From Octopus vulgaris (taxonomy: Eukaryota), in the NCBI GenBank assembly GCA_951406725.2, contig OX597826.1:42842001-42906000 (forward strand): a DNA stretch of 64,000 bases, in the 5' to 3' direction. Both the position numbers and the translations under genes were made by a program. Each line of letters opens with the position of its first letter. The first letter of the stretch is position 1. Below, in pieces: positions 25,589 to 39,509 of this stretch. The notes below the pieces were generated by a model. It did no database searches. It was given only the letters and a program-made list of their open reading frames with translations, and had not been told where the DNA came from.

Positions 25589-25652
25589 TATCTCTGAAGA
25601 GCAGAAGGATTTCATTATAGGGACAACTCTTCTGTGAAACGATCGTAAGATG
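25589..25652 (+). ncRNA. Minimal type I hammerhead ribozyme motif, Penelope-like architecture
   Basis: Stem I tatct/agatg; CUGAAGA 25594-25600; stem II gcagaag/cttctgt; GAAAC-gatc-GUA with self-complementary ACGATCGT stem III; predicted cleavage after 25647. Confidence 0.75.
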
Positions 25653-26000
25653 CTTTAAATAATTAATTCAAAACTTTTAAACTGTCATATACATTATATA
25701 TTTATACGTATACATATTTTTATACATATTTATATTTATCTATTTATATATTTTTAATACAACAATTATTTTTCACACATGTATGTCTTTCTTAGGAGTT
25801 TTGATTTTGATTTCCTAATATTTATAATAATATATTATTAAAAAATACATATAAGTAAATAAACTGATAAAAAGAATGCGAAATTTTAGTACAAAATTTT
25901 AAAACTACTATTCTCTTCATTGATATGAAATATTTCAAAAGATGTATACATATAACAATCTACAAGATTTAAATAGAAAATAAATTTGAAAAGAAGTTAC

Positions 26001-27365
26001 CTGTCTGAGGTGGTATCCCTTTATCAATGGCACCCACTTTTAGCTGGTACAAAGCCACTGATTCCCGATCAAGTTCGGATGAAACGGAGATTTGGCCTGA
26101 TGTTGAATCAATATAGAAGGCATTATGAAGATTTCCTGATAGAATTGTGTAATTGAATTGGTGATCTTTGCGATGTAGGTCATTGTCAAAAGCTTTTACC
26201 TTAATTACAAATGTGCCAGGCTGAATGTCCTCCTTAAGGTCTTTAGTATAAAGTGGATGAAGAAATACAGGTGCATCATTAGCATCAGTTATAGTAATAT
26301 GTACTATGCACTGAACAGTATCGTTGCCTTTTACACTTCCCCAGTTTTTAGCCATAACATCCAAAGTAATATGAGATTGGGACTCATAGTCAGGTTTCCC
26401 AGACACTGTGATAACTCCGGAGAGAGGGTTTATTTTAAAACCTTTTAAATTACTTGAATCCATCAAAAAGTAATAGACGATTCCATCTGGTCCTGCATCT
26501 CTATCCGTAGCGAGGACAGCACCAACAGATGTCCCCTTTTGAACTGACTCACTGATACTGAAATTATATTCATTTTGTATGAATATTGGGTTGTATTCAT
26601 TGACACTAACGAGATGGACATTAACAACAGTAACACTTTGCAAATTGGTTCCAGGGTTCTTAGCAAGAATATGAAGCGAATAGTTTTCTTTAGATTCATA
26701 GTCAAGGGATGAAGTTGAATTTATGGTTTTAGCTTTGTGATCAATCATGAACTTAGATTGGGCTTGGTTATCTCCGACAATTTGATATTCAATGATGGCA
26801 TAGCTACCAGAATCTGCATCAGTGGCTGATAGTTTGAAGACTGATGCACCAATGGGAGAATTTTCCCGGATATAAACATCATAAACATCTTTATCGAAGA
26901 GTGGAGGGTTATCATTAACATCTGTGACAAAGATGGTAAATATGATGGAAGTTTCTTTGTAATATAAGCCGTGGTCTCTTGCAGTAATATTCAGTCGATG
27001 TACAGATGATGTATCATAATCGAGAGGTTTATTCACTGATAGGTTTCCATATTTTTCATTAATTGCAAACAAATTCTGAGGGTCACCACCGGTTATATAA
27101 TAACTGACTTCTTGGTTTGGTCCGTGATCATGATCTATAGCTTGAACTGTATCAAAAATGCCATTTACTGTAAAGTTCTCTGGAATTTGTTTCTCAAAAA
27201 CAATTCTCAAGAATAAAGGAGGGTATTTGTTGATGTCTGTTACTTTCAAGTGTATGGTTGCTATGTCTGACGACTGTGGTGGACGTCCTTTATCAACTGC
27301 CTGCACTTTTAGCTGAAACTCTTTATCCATACTTTGACTGAGGCTAGCAGAAAGATGCACAGACC
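26001..27365 (-). CDS. FAT4: Fat-like cadherin exon 10 (about 4 cadherin repeats)
   Basis: tag acceptor, gtaact donor; (G)SVHLSASL...DVNDNPPLF...DANDAPVF...DKGIPPQT(G); 1365 nt, phase 1 to 1. Confidence 0.95.
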
Positions 27366-28343
27366 CTATAAAGATAACACAAATGAAATTAATTAAATAA
27401 GATCTACTTTTAAAATATGATGTAAAGATGTAATTATGTTAGATGCAATTTTACCCCATGACAATGATCTTTTTTATTATATATCAAGCAACTAGGTTGT
27501 ATTGACAGGAATCATTTTGGCTGAGATCAGCAATTAGCATATGACTAAGGTTTGGTGTATACTTACATCAACCATTTTAACCAATTTACAGTGGTGGTTC
27601 ATTTGGTTGCCAGCACATAACAACGGTAATTGTGCCAACTGAGGTCAGTACTCAGTGTGAGATAACATTTGGCGTATATTTACGCCAACCATTTTAAAAG
27701 GGTTAAATTGGAACAAATATTTTGATATATATGCCATTTTAAGAAGTTCATTTCACAATGACTCAGTTTCACATTCAGTCCCACTCTGCAGCACCATGGG
27801 CAAGTATCTTCACAATAATCTCAGGCAAACCTAAACCTTGTGAGTGGAGTTGGTGGATGGAAACTGAAAGAAGCCTCTCTGTGTGTTTGTGTATACCCTG
27901 ACCTAGACATCACCTGATGGTTGTAAATGAGCATCACTGGCATAAAATATTACAAAGCTTGGGAACAGGTGAGGTTTGGTGGCAGGAAGGGATCTGCTCA
28001 TAGAAAACTTGCCTTCAACAAATTCCATTTGGCCTATGCAAGCATGGAAAAGCGGATGTCAAATGATGATAATGATGATTTCTTTTAATCAATCTATATT
28101 AATTAAATATCACATTAGCTCTCTTAAAACCCAGCATTCATTACATCCTAACTATAGCTCACTCTTAAATCGAGTTTTCCTTAACTCTATAGTACAAATC
28201 ACTTTCACAACTCTTCTACGACAATGTTCCTTCCTCATCAAAAATTTTTGAAATATTGAAAAAAAAAAAAAAAAAAATTCCTTTTTGGATGCTCATTTAG
28301 ACCATTTGTTACCTTTGAGTAAAGAATAAATGTAAAATCATAC

Positions 28344-28435
28344 CATCCGATTTCTTCACATAGAAATAGTTGGTTCCGTTGCCTTCCACAACAATATATT
28401 CCACCTGAGCATTCATTCCATAATCTTTGTCATCT
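28344..28435 (-). CDS. FAT4: Fat-like cadherin exon 9 (92 nt, absent from the ORF track)
   Basis: cag acceptor, gtatga donor; DDKDYGMNAQVEYIVVEGNGTNYFYVKKSD(G) completes the cadherin repeat and bridges phase 2 to 1. Confidence 0.9.
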
Positions 28436-29666
28436 CTGAAAAGAGTTTAATATTATAAATGTAGTAGACACTTTTCTGTTAGCCAGGAGGTGACATACTG
28501 AAGACTTGTTATTAATTAGGTACATTTAAAACGATTTCTGTTAAGATTCTGTAACTTAGAAATTAGGTTGAGATCATTCAGTTAGGGCTCATAACTATAA
28601 AAGTACATGATGTAAATCGTTGCCAGGAACTTCCACAAGAGCACAAGTGTACCAGAATATTGAACCACCAGAATCATTTAGTCCACCGGAATCATTTAGT
28701 CTTTTAATTTGCAATGCATTTCAAATAGTTAATAATACATGAAGTCAATAAATTTTGGAAATAAAGAAGAATTTAATGAAATCATTCGTTGTTGTTTATT
28801 TTTTATCAATTTTAAACTGAATGATTGATTGGAGATCTTGAAGGTATGCCTCTATAAGTCACCAACGAATTATTATCATTCAAGCATAGAATTCCTGACA
28901 CAAAGATAGCAGATTGGACATTTAATGTGGATCACTACAGAAGTGACTATTATTTAATTAGTGTTGTAGCCATGAGCATTTAGGATTCATTATTGGTTAA
29001 TTATATATATTCATTATATAATGTAAACATGGCTCTGGTTGGCTCACCAAATTCAGCAGACTGGATATGGTCTAATTAAGGAGAACATATCACAGAATGC
29101 TGCTGGAAGGTGGAAGACAAAGCCAGTCATAAAACGTGGATGACAAAAATGTGGAAAGCAGCCTGTAGGACTTGAACCATGCATTTTACAGTTGATCAAA
29201 TTTAGTGCACTGAATATGGTCTAATTTTGACAATGAATTACAGTATGCTACTGGAAAGTGAAAGGCATACCATGTGGAATTAGAGGTTAACACTTTCTAA
29301 TATCAGCCTGATTGAGATAGCCTCTTGTTTTATGATACAAAACATGTTGTTTTATCTTCTATTATGATCATATGTAAGAAACAAATGTTTCTTACATTTG
29401 ATATAATACTGATTAATTATATAAAAAAAGAAGCCTCTTATTTTGATTATATTCCAACAAAGTTATAATTTCTTAAATCCACTGAAACATGTTGGTAGTT
29501 TACATTTATAACACAAATACAGAGATATAGGGAAATAAAAATAAAAGTTTTTTTAATTTGCAATGCATTTCAAATAGTTAATAATACATGGGGGTCAATG
29601 AATTTTGGAAATAATGACGAATTTAATGAAATCATTCGTTGTCGTTTATTTTTTTATCAATTTTAA

Positions 29667-29889
29667 CCCTTTTGTTACCCTGTTTCTGTTGAGATGCTCT
29701 GTGTTTCTTTCAATTAATTTTAAATATAACTAAAAATTTAGTAAAAAAAAATTGGTTATCATTAAGCTAGTGTTAGGAACATAAATTGTGACTAAGATTT
29801 GGTGAAAGAATTTAATTCAAAACTTAAGAAAACAAGACATATGTACTACAGAGCCAGAGGTGGTTTCGGCCGGGTTGGTATTGAAAGGG
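29667..29889. mobile_element. piggyBac-like MITE
   Basis: TTAA|ccctttt...aaaggg|TTAA termini; the empty site is visible in the paralogous segment at 28812-28815. Confidence 0.85.
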
Positions 29890-30474
29890 TTAAACTGGTC
29901 TTTGGAAAATGAATATGAAATTTTGACATAAGGCTTTAATTTAGATTACTGGCATTTGTGCCGGTGGCATGTGAAAAAACATTCGAGTGAGGTCGTTGCC
30001 AGAGCGCTGGACTGGCTCTTGTGTAGGTGGCATGTAAAAATACCATTTGAGCGTGGCTGTTACCAGTACCACCTGACTGGCCCTTGTGCCAGTGGAACGT
30101 AAAAGCACCCACTACACTTTTGGAGTGGTTGGTGTTAGGAAGGGCATCCAGCTGTAGAAACTCTGCCAGATCAGACTGGAGCCTGGTGCAAGCATCTGGT
30201 TTGCCAGTCCTCAGTCAAATCGTCCAACCCATGCTAGCATGGAAAGCAGATGTTAAATGATGATGATTTCTGTTGGAAAACACCGTCTTTGCTTCCATCA
30301 GTTTGGGAAAAAATGAAGAATTTCAAGAAATATCTTTTTCATTATTAAACTGATGTTTGGAGCATTAATTAATATGAAATTTTCGTGGGCGGTTTTAATT
30401 TTGACCACTTTAAAATGGGAAATTCATATCATGGAACCAAGTGGTCTCAGGTGGGTTGGTATCAAAAGAACAAA

Positions 30475-30705
30475 GGCGGTGAGCTGGCAGAAACATTAGC
30501 GCGTCGGGCGAAATGCTTAGCGGTATTTTGTCTGCCGTTACGTTGTGAGTTCAAATTCCGCCAAGGTCGACTTTGCCTTTCATCCTTTCGGGGTCAATAA
30601 ATTAAGTACCAGTTACACACTGGGGTCGATGTAATCGTCTTAATACCTATGTCTGTCCTTGTTTGTCCCCTCTATGTTTAGCCCCTTGTGGGTAATAAAG
30701 AAATA
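30475..30705 (+). mobile_element. SINE family A copy
   Basis: Same head, core and tail as 3323-3554; direct repeat ggtatcaaaagaa on both sides. Confidence 0.85.
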
Positions 30706-30771
30706 GGTATCAAAAGAATTAAACATGTTAGTTGCATGGAGATAAAGTTAATGAAACGAAAAGTGCATTAC

Positions 30772-31544
30772 CTTGCAACCACCTTGATGATTGGATCACC
30801 TACTGTCAAATTGTATGGAACAGCAGAGAAATAGTAAGTTTTTTCAAACTGTGGTGGATTATCGTTGTCGTCAATTACATTGATGACGACTAGACTTTCA
30901 GAAGAACGTGATGGGACACCGAGGTCAGTGGCTACAACTGTTAATTCATGGTGATTATAAAGACTGGTGTTATCATAATGCAGCTGTTGAATTGTGAATA
31001 TTTCACCAGTTTTATCGGTGATATTAAACAATGACGATGGCATTTTTAGCGAATAATAAAATATATTATTTGGTGAAGTTCTGTCGCGGTCCTTCGCTAC
31101 AACTTTACCCACATGTATCGGAGGAACTTGTAGTTCGGATATTTCAAACATAAACTTTGGCATTGTGAACCGAGGTTGGTTGTCATTGATATCCGTGACT
31201 TTTATGGTGACGTAAGTACTCGTTTCGTGAGAGCTGGCTCGAGCTGCCACTTTCAATTTGTGATACTCCTTCTTCTCAACATCCAAAGATGCTCTCACAG
31301 ATATGTTGCCACTGAGAGGATCTAAAGAGAATTTGTTACCAGAATTTTCTAAAAGTGCATAAGTAACTTCTGCATTTTCACCAACATCTTGGTCTTCAGT
31401 GGACAGTTGCAAAATAAAAGAACCAATTTCGGCATTCTCGGGGATGCTGGCTGTAAACAGACGTGTGAATCGGGGTGGGTTATCATCAACATCAAGAATA
31501 GAAATATCAACGGTTGTAGTTCCAGTTTTTCTATTAGAGGCACT
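30772..31544 (-). CDS. FAT4: Fat-like cadherin exon 8
   Basis: cag acceptor, gtaatg donor; SASNRKTGTTTVDISILDVDDNPPRF...DDNDNPPQF...KVVA(R); 773 nt, phase 0 to 2. Confidence 0.94.
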
Positions 31545-32807
31545 CTGCAGAAAAAGTAAAAAATTATTAATGAAATTATTAGGAAATAAACTGAAAGATA
31601 GAATGACATAAATTACTGATTTTATTTTTTTATTTTTTTAAAGAATTTGAAAACAATTGCTAAAATGTTGCAGATATTCTGTGTGGTTTAGAAGCTCACT
31701 TCACAATCATATGATTTTGGGTTCAGTCCCACTGTGTAGTACTTTGGGAAAGTGTCTTCTACAATAGCCTTGCACTGACCCATGCCAAGCGAGTGTTTTT
31801 TTTATTCATAACATAGTGATTCCACAAAAAAAAAACCCCAGATGAAATAAGTACCAGACTTAAAAAATAAGTACTGAGATCAAAATTTTCGACTAAACCC
31901 TACAAGTTGGTGCTCCAGCATGGCTATAGTCTAATGGCTGAAACAAATAACAGAAGTAAAAGTAATTATATCTCAATACAACAAAAGTATGATCTTGTTT
32001 CAGATATTCTTATATGTTTTTATCTTTCGTTTTATTCACTATACTGTTGCCATGCTGGGGTACTGACTTTAAGAATGTTAGTCAAATGAATCAACACCAG
32101 CACGTAACTTTTTTCTTTATTTATAAGTACTGGTACTTATTCTATTGGTCTCTTTTGCTGAGCTGTTAAGTTACAGAGCCTAAACACACCACCATAGGTT
32201 GTCAAGCAGTGGTGGGGGACAAACACACATTTACACACGATGGGTTTCTTTCTGTTTCTGTCTACCAAATCTACTCACAAAGCTTTGGTTGGCCTGCGGC
32301 TTATAGTAGAAGACACTTGCCCAAAGTGCCATGCAGTGGGACTGAACCCAGTATCGGTCTGACAAGTTCAACTTGCATGCTGGAAAATACGGTAATAGAT
32401 TCAACAAAACTAGATCTATGGACTACTGATAACATATACCAGTACATCATCATCATCGTTTAACGTCCGCTTTCCATGCTAGCATTAGTAGAAAATGAGA
32501 TCCAACTATATTTTGCAAAATCACAAGAGCAAAATATTTTCCAATTCCCAGCAATTTATGCTTGGATATATTTACCACAGTTTAGCTTGGAATGTAGGAA
32601 GTAGTTTGACAAAAACAATACGAAATGTTAAAGTTCACAATAAACTTATGGCAACAGCTCAAATATCAGAAAAGTTGTTTCCCCTGTCAGTGGCTTTTCT
32701 CTTATTTACTGTGAAACATTCCCAGTGGGAATCGGAAATGTCTAATAATTTCTTTCCAATACTAAATAGATCTACTACTACTACTACTACTACAAGTAGT
32801 AGTAGTA

Positions 32808-33265
32808 CATGGCAATGTTAACCAAATGCATAAATTGAAAGTAACAAGAAAGCGTTATGTACACGAGTTAAAGGCAGCAATGGAGAATAATAATTGCAAG
32901 ATTTTATGGAATTTACCCATAAAAACTGACCATACTATTAAAACAAGGCGACCTGATATAATTACACAGGACAAAAATATACCAAACGATATAAGATTAT
33001 AGATTTACGTTAAACCATACGGCAAGAGTAGATACCAAAGAAACTGAGGAAAATAGAGAAATATCCAAGATGTAGCTAGAGAGATGAAGAGAATGTAGAA
33101 AATGAAAATGACAAGAATTCCTGTGGTAATTAGTGCACTTGAAACAACAGCCAAATTGCTATCTAAGAGCTGACTGATGCTGGAATCGAGTCATGCATAG
33201 TCAACCTGCAAGAAAGAGCCAACCTGTATTCTGCAAGAATTTTTAGAAAGATTTTTGAGATTTGA
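32808..33265 (+). mobile_element. 3' fragment of an RLE-type (R4/Dong-like) non-LTR retrotransposon
   Basis: Frameshifted translation ENNNCKILWNLPIKTDHTIKTRRPDII...IID...KIEKY.DVAREMKRM...IPVVISAL...LQ...SARIFRKIFEI* has the RPD...D...K..KY restriction-like endonuclease pattern. Confidence 0.8.
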
Positions 33266-34341
33266 AGAGACTTGTCACCAAACTTCAAGTCACTAGTCCT
33301 GTTAACTAAAGTAAGATGTGATTGATGGAGTCTCCTATTGAAGATGACATATGAGCAAACAGGTATTGCCGAATGACTTGCCTAAATGATTTGTTTATAG
33401 TGATCAAATGTTTGTGATGCACTCTCTATAATCAAACCAATGTTGTCTGAACAAGGAAGGGCATGGTGTACCATGCATCAGGTGTTGAAGTGATTGCAGA
33501 GCAATTGTGAGATGAAATGTTTTGCTCAAGTTCATAACACATCGCCCAGTCTAAGAATTGAAACCACGATCTCGCAAATTATGAGTGCAACACCCTAACC
33601 ACTAGGTCATAATTAAGAATAACCCTTTCTACTATAGGCACAAGACCTGAAATGCTGGAGGAAGGAGGTTAACCAATTACATCAACCCCAGTACTTAAGT
33701 GGTGTGTGTGTGTATATATACGATGGGCTTCTTTCAGTTTCTGTCTATCAGATTCACCCACAGGGCTTTGGTTAGCCCAAGGGTTTGTAGAAGGCACTTG
33801 CCCAAGGTGCCACACAGTGGGACTGAACCCGGAACCATGCAGTTGGAAAGCAAGCTTCTTATCACACACACAGAGTGTGATTTCTATATATGAACATAAT
33901 CTGTTCCAGAGCCTTGTTCATTAACCAAATTGTATCTCACATGATTAATTGAAATGCATATAAATAGGATTTATCTGTTCCAAGCCACACCCAGACTCCA
34001 CATAAAAAGCATGAAATAATGTTTTATTTGCCCACCCATAAATATGTATGTGTGTGTCTTGTCTTGCTTCTGTTCATCCAAAAAATATGAGAAATATTAA
34101 TATTTTTCTATATAAAATACAAAAATTTGCAAGTTGCATGAAATGTGAACATAAAACAAACTGTCTGTACACGCTCTCCCAGCCACTTATATGCATGAAT
34201 TGTTCACGTGGTTTGTTATTCAAATTTCAGATCATTATGAGTTTAATTTTCTTTAGAAAATACATTTGTTATTCAATTAGTTCATTTAAAGAACCTTTCA
34301 TATATGGGTATCCTACAGTGTGTGTGTATTATATACAAATA

Positions 34342-34553
34342 CAGGGTGGCCCAAAAGTAGTTTTACAGTTATCACGTAGGCACTTTAAATTTCTTTTAAA
34401 ACATTTTATTACATTTAAATTTCTATCTCACAATTAACTAAATTAGCATAGAATTTGGGTTTCATATTTTTTTATAATTAAGATCTAAACTGTTAATATA
34501 TGAATGCAAAAGAGATAGTTGGATAACTGTAAACCTACTTTTGGGCCACCCTG
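34342..34553. mobile_element. MITE, Tc1/mariner type
   Basis: About 32-bp TIR cagggtggcccaaaagtagttttacagttatc / gataactgtaaacctacttttgggccaccctg. Confidence 0.85.
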
Positions 34554-34602
34554 TGTAATATAAACACACACATGTATACACACATAAATATATATACAAC
34601 AT

Positions 34603-34656
<54 letters not shown>

Positions 34657-35160
34657 GCTGAGCAACCACCTTGAAGGTATCATGCAGTGGAGTTGAACCT
34701 GAAGCCATGTGATTCAGAAGCAAACATCTTAATGACACAGCCAAGATCATATATAATCAATGATAGTCAAGAGAGAAAATGGTTAGAAAGTTTAAGATAT
34801 TGTTTTACTGATATGATCAGACTTCATTTAGCTGCAATCTTCAACAAGGTGCGTAACTCTGCTTGTACTAATCTGGTAGAAAATAGATTTCACTATTTTT
34901 TCAAAACCTAGATTATTATTATTACTATTTTGTAAAATTATTAAACTGGCGAGCTAGCAGAATTTTGTGCTGGACAAAATACTTAGCAGCATTGCCTCCA
35001 GCTCTTTGCATTCTGAGTTCAAATTCTGACATAGCCAACTTTGCCTTTCATCCTTTTGGGGGTTGAGAAAATAAGTAATAGCTGAGTACTGAAGTTGATG
35101 TAATTGACTAAACCCCGCCTGCTAAAATTGCTAGCCTTGTGTCAAAACGTGAAATAATAA

Positions 35161-35197
<37 letters not shown>

Positions 35198-36855
35198 TAT
35201 TATTATTATTATTATTATTAAGGCAGTGAAATGTCGGGCGAAATGCTTAGTGGTATTTCGTCTGCAGTTACATTCTGAATCAAATTCAGCCAAGTCGACT
35301 TTGCTTTTCATCTTTTCGGGGTCAATAAAATTAGTACTAGTTATGCACTGGAGTCGATGTAATTGACTTAATCCCTTCCTCCAAACTTCAAGCCTTGAGC
35401 CTATAACAGAAAATATTATTATTATTATTTATTAGGTATAGCATGCTGTGCAAAATGCTTAGCGGCATCTTGTCTGTCTTTATGTTCTGAGCTCAAATTC
35501 TACTGAGATTGACTTTGCCTTTCATCCTTTTGGGGTTGACAAAATAGTCACCAGTAGAATATTGAGGTTGATGAAATCAACTTACTCTGCTTCTGAAATT
35601 GTTGGCCTTGTGCCAAAATTTGGAACCATAATAATAATAATAATAATCATAATAATAATAATAATCATAATAATAAAAAAAGAGTATCTTGTTCTAAAAA
35701 TAATGTGCAAATGTTCAAGGTCCATCTTACTTAAAAAATAAAAAATGATAGATGTGAATTAGAAATTAATCCAAGGCATTTTTTAAAAATTTTTTAATTT
35801 TTTTCTGAATTTTCATTAACATCTTATAATCTATTTACTTGTTTGCTACTTTTAGACTCTATTTGGTTTCATTTTGCTGAAAAGTTATGGTGTATGTAAA
35901 CACACACACACACACAATATGCTTCCATGCAGTTTCTGTTTACTGAATTCCTCATGTAAGGCATTGGTTGGCCCAGGGCTATAGTAGATGATAATTACCT
36001 AAAGTGTCACAAAGTGGGTCTGAACTACAAAATCCAAGACTCAGGTGTTGTGAAGCAAGCTTTTTAATCACATGGCTATCATCATCATCGTTTAACGTCC
36101 GTTTTCCATGCTAGCATGGGTTGATTGGGGTCTGGGAAGCCAGGAGGCTGCACCAGGTTCCAGTCTGATCTGGCAGTGTTTCTACAGCTGGATGCCCTTC
36201 CTAACGCCAACCACTCCGTGAGTGTAGTGGGTGCTTTTTATGTGCCACCAGAACAGGGGCCAGAGGAGGCTGGCAATGGCCACAATCAGTTGGTGCTTTC
36301 TACATGCCACCGGCATGGGTATCACAACTACAATTTCCATTTGATTTTTATTTTTATGTTGATGTACTTGACTCAATAGGTCTCCTCAAGCACAGCAGGT
36401 TGCCCTAATTTGAATATGCACACAGCATATTGTTGAGTGCTAAATATTATTTAATACTAGATCTTCTATGTTGAAAATTGCTGGGTAAGAAAGGCATCCA
36501 GCTGTAGAAATCACCCAAAAGTAAACATTGATGTATGACGCAGTCCTCCAACTTGTCAAACCTTGTTAAACCCTCCAACCCATGCCAGCATGGAAGCTGG
36601 ATGTTAAATGAAATGGGCTAACTTAATTGTTTCTCTTCTTTCACAGCAATTCTGAAAGGTTCTTAAAACCCTAATACAAATTAATCATACTTTGATATTT
36701 ATAGTTTATAAGTAAGGTTTTTGGAGGTGTATTTAGCATTTAGTGACCAATATGATTTAGTTTCAGAAAAAAAAAGGGGGATCCTTTAAAAGAAATGAAG
36801 ATAATTGTTATCACAAATCTGAGTCTGAGAATTAGTAAAATTCTTAAATACTTAC

Positions 36856-37476
36856 TTGGTCAACAGCTTTGATGGCAAGCTGGTAAAAGTCAATTTTTTC
36901 TCGATCAATTTGGTTCTTTGTAGAAATGCAGCCTGAAGATTTTATTTGGAAAGCATCCTTAGAATTTCCATTTGTGATTTTATAGGTAACCTTACCATTT
37001 TTACCAGAATCAGCATCCTTTGCAGACACACATACAACTGTTTTACCTATTTGATTTGTTTCTTCGAATGAAGTGTAATAATGCATTTGATCAAAGTAGG
37101 GTGCATTATCATTAATGTCAGCAATGAAAATACGCAATTCCTTATACGAAGTGAGAGGGTCGCTGCTAGTATCAGAAGTTCCAATCCACAAACTGTAATA
37201 ACTGGTTTCTTCAAAGTCCAATTGGTTGGCAATGATGAGGTCATTACGCTTAGGATCAATGCCGAAGGCATTGTTGATGTTTCCACCTGCAATGAAGTAT
37301 TTCAGAGGAACCGCCTTCGGAGAAACACCAGACAAACGAGTTACTGTGGTGTTTAAAGAAGAATTTTCTTCAAGCTTGAATTCAGTTTTGGCAAGTGTGA
37401 ATCGAGGTCGACGGGTTTTATTCTTTTGTAGAAGATGAATCATTACTTTAGCTTTTGAGAAAAACGGGTTTTGGCT
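36856..37476 (-). CDS. FAT4: Fat-like cadherin exon 7
   Basis: cag acceptor, gtaagt donor; SQNPFFSKAKV...LDFE...DINDNAPYF...IDRE...AVDQ; 621 nt, phase 0 to 0. Confidence 0.93.
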
Positions 37477-39318
37477 CTGTGGAAGAAACAATGAAAAAGA
37501 AAAGATTTGAGAATTCAATAACATGAAAGCACTTTACATTATTTACATCCGCAATGAATGTTTTTATGCATTGGGATCATTGGTCCTTATTCAGAGTGTA
37601 TATGTGGGAGTGACGGCATGTGGCATAGTGGTTAGGCTGTTGCACTCATGATTGCTAGATCATGGGTTCAATTCTCTGACTGGGCAGTGCATTGTGTTTT
37701 TGAGCAAAACACTTCATTTCACGTAGTGGGGAATGTTGGGCCTGCTTGCCTAGCCAGCAGGGTGGCATCATTTGAAGGCTAATGCAATGCAAGAAATGCA
37801 TTGTGACCAACATCAGGCAACCTGGTTGGTCACATGATATGGGAGGGTCAAACCATCCAGCTCATGCCAGCAGGGAGAAAAGGACATTTGATGCTTGCGT
37901 GGATCAGACAAGGAATTGAAAAGGCTGGATACTGTTCCTATCAGCAACCCTCACCTGTTTCTAAGCAAGCTAGTATTTCCCAATAGCTGGACATTTCTTT
38001 ATGTTTTCATAAAAGACTGGAAATAAAGAATGCTGCTTGCACTACAGTGATGCATGTTTATAACCAATGCATGATGAAAAGAACATACACACCATATCCG
38101 GTAAGTTCATCATCATCATCAATTCACAGCAGGGAAAGTTCACCATCACAATTCACCATATTTTTTAAATAAAATAGTTTTTAACTATAAATGGTGAGAT
38201 ACTATGGATATATTTTCTCGGTAAACTTTTTTCACAGTGAATTGATGGTTGTCAACTTACCTGTAATACACATTTACAAGATGAGCTTCTTTCACTTTCT
38301 GCTACCAAATCCATTTAAAAAGGCTTTAGTTGGCTTAAGGCTGGCTACAGTAGAAGACACTAGCTCAAGGTGCTATGCAGGGTTACTAAGCCCAAAACCA
38401 TGTTGTTGGGAAGAAAACTTTATAAGCTCACAGCCATGCCTATACTATATTAAAGATTTGGTCACAACCAAAAATTTGATGTAACTCTAAATCGCCATTA
38501 TCATAGAGTTGCAGAATTGTAATATGGTATAATGGGTTAAAAGAAATCCATTATTTTTCAATGGGAAACAGTCCAAGACCATCTTCGGTCACGACACTGA
38601 CCATGGGATTGCACCTAGGACGTTACTCTCCCAAGCACAAGTCCGGGCAAGGTTATTTATGGAAGACCAGCAGTTGTGACCATGCATAGCAGCCTCCCTT
38701 CTCCACACTACTGATGTTGTCCAAAGGAAAGGCAAAGGCTGATACAGTTGGCACCAGTGATGTCACAACTCATTTCTTACAGATGAATGAACTGGAGCAA
38801 TGTGAAATAAAGTGTCTTACTCAAGAACACAACACACAACCCGGTTCAGGAATTGAACTCACAACCTCATGATCGTAAGCCTGATGCTCTAACCACTGAA
38901 TCATGTGCCTTCCCTTCAATTAACAATTAGTGGAATATATCAGTGTGACATAGTCTCCGACCTGTGTAGGGTAGCAATAAAGCTAAATAACTAACTTTGA
39001 GCTTTATGACTGGTCCAAACTTTACCAGCATTGAAAGTGGACATAAAATCATCGAGGAAACTATGTGGAAGCCTACTGAGAGGACTATTCCCATTCTATG
39101 GCAGGAAACTTTATCAGTCACCTAGCTTAATACCCACCACCTGGTCTCTCGGGTGCTTTGAGCAAGTACCTAGGCCAAATTTTCAGTCTTGTTTTAATTT
39201 CTTTCTTTTCTTATATTACTTTTGGAGGATTTAATTAGATAATTAAATAAGAAGTAAATGAGTAAATAAATAAATAAATATAATTTATGAAATGTTATTC
39301 AAAAAATCTTGAAATTAC

Positions 39319-39509
39319 CTGATCTGATGCTGTAACGTAGATGGTGAATTGCCGACCAAGTCCCAGATATAAGTTTTGGTTTGACTTAACAACACCTGTC
39401 GTAGAATTTATCTTAAACTTATTTCCATCACGTCCAGAAAGAGCATAGCTTATCTTTCCATTAAGACCAATATCAAAATCAACAGCTGTTATTCCAAATA
39501 CAAATTCAC
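39319..39509 (-). CDS. FAT4: Fat-like cadherin exon 6
   Basis: Polypyrimidine-cag acceptor, gtaatt donor; (G)EFVFGITAVDFDIGLNGKISY...TASDQ; 191 nt, phase 1 to 0. Confidence 0.92.
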
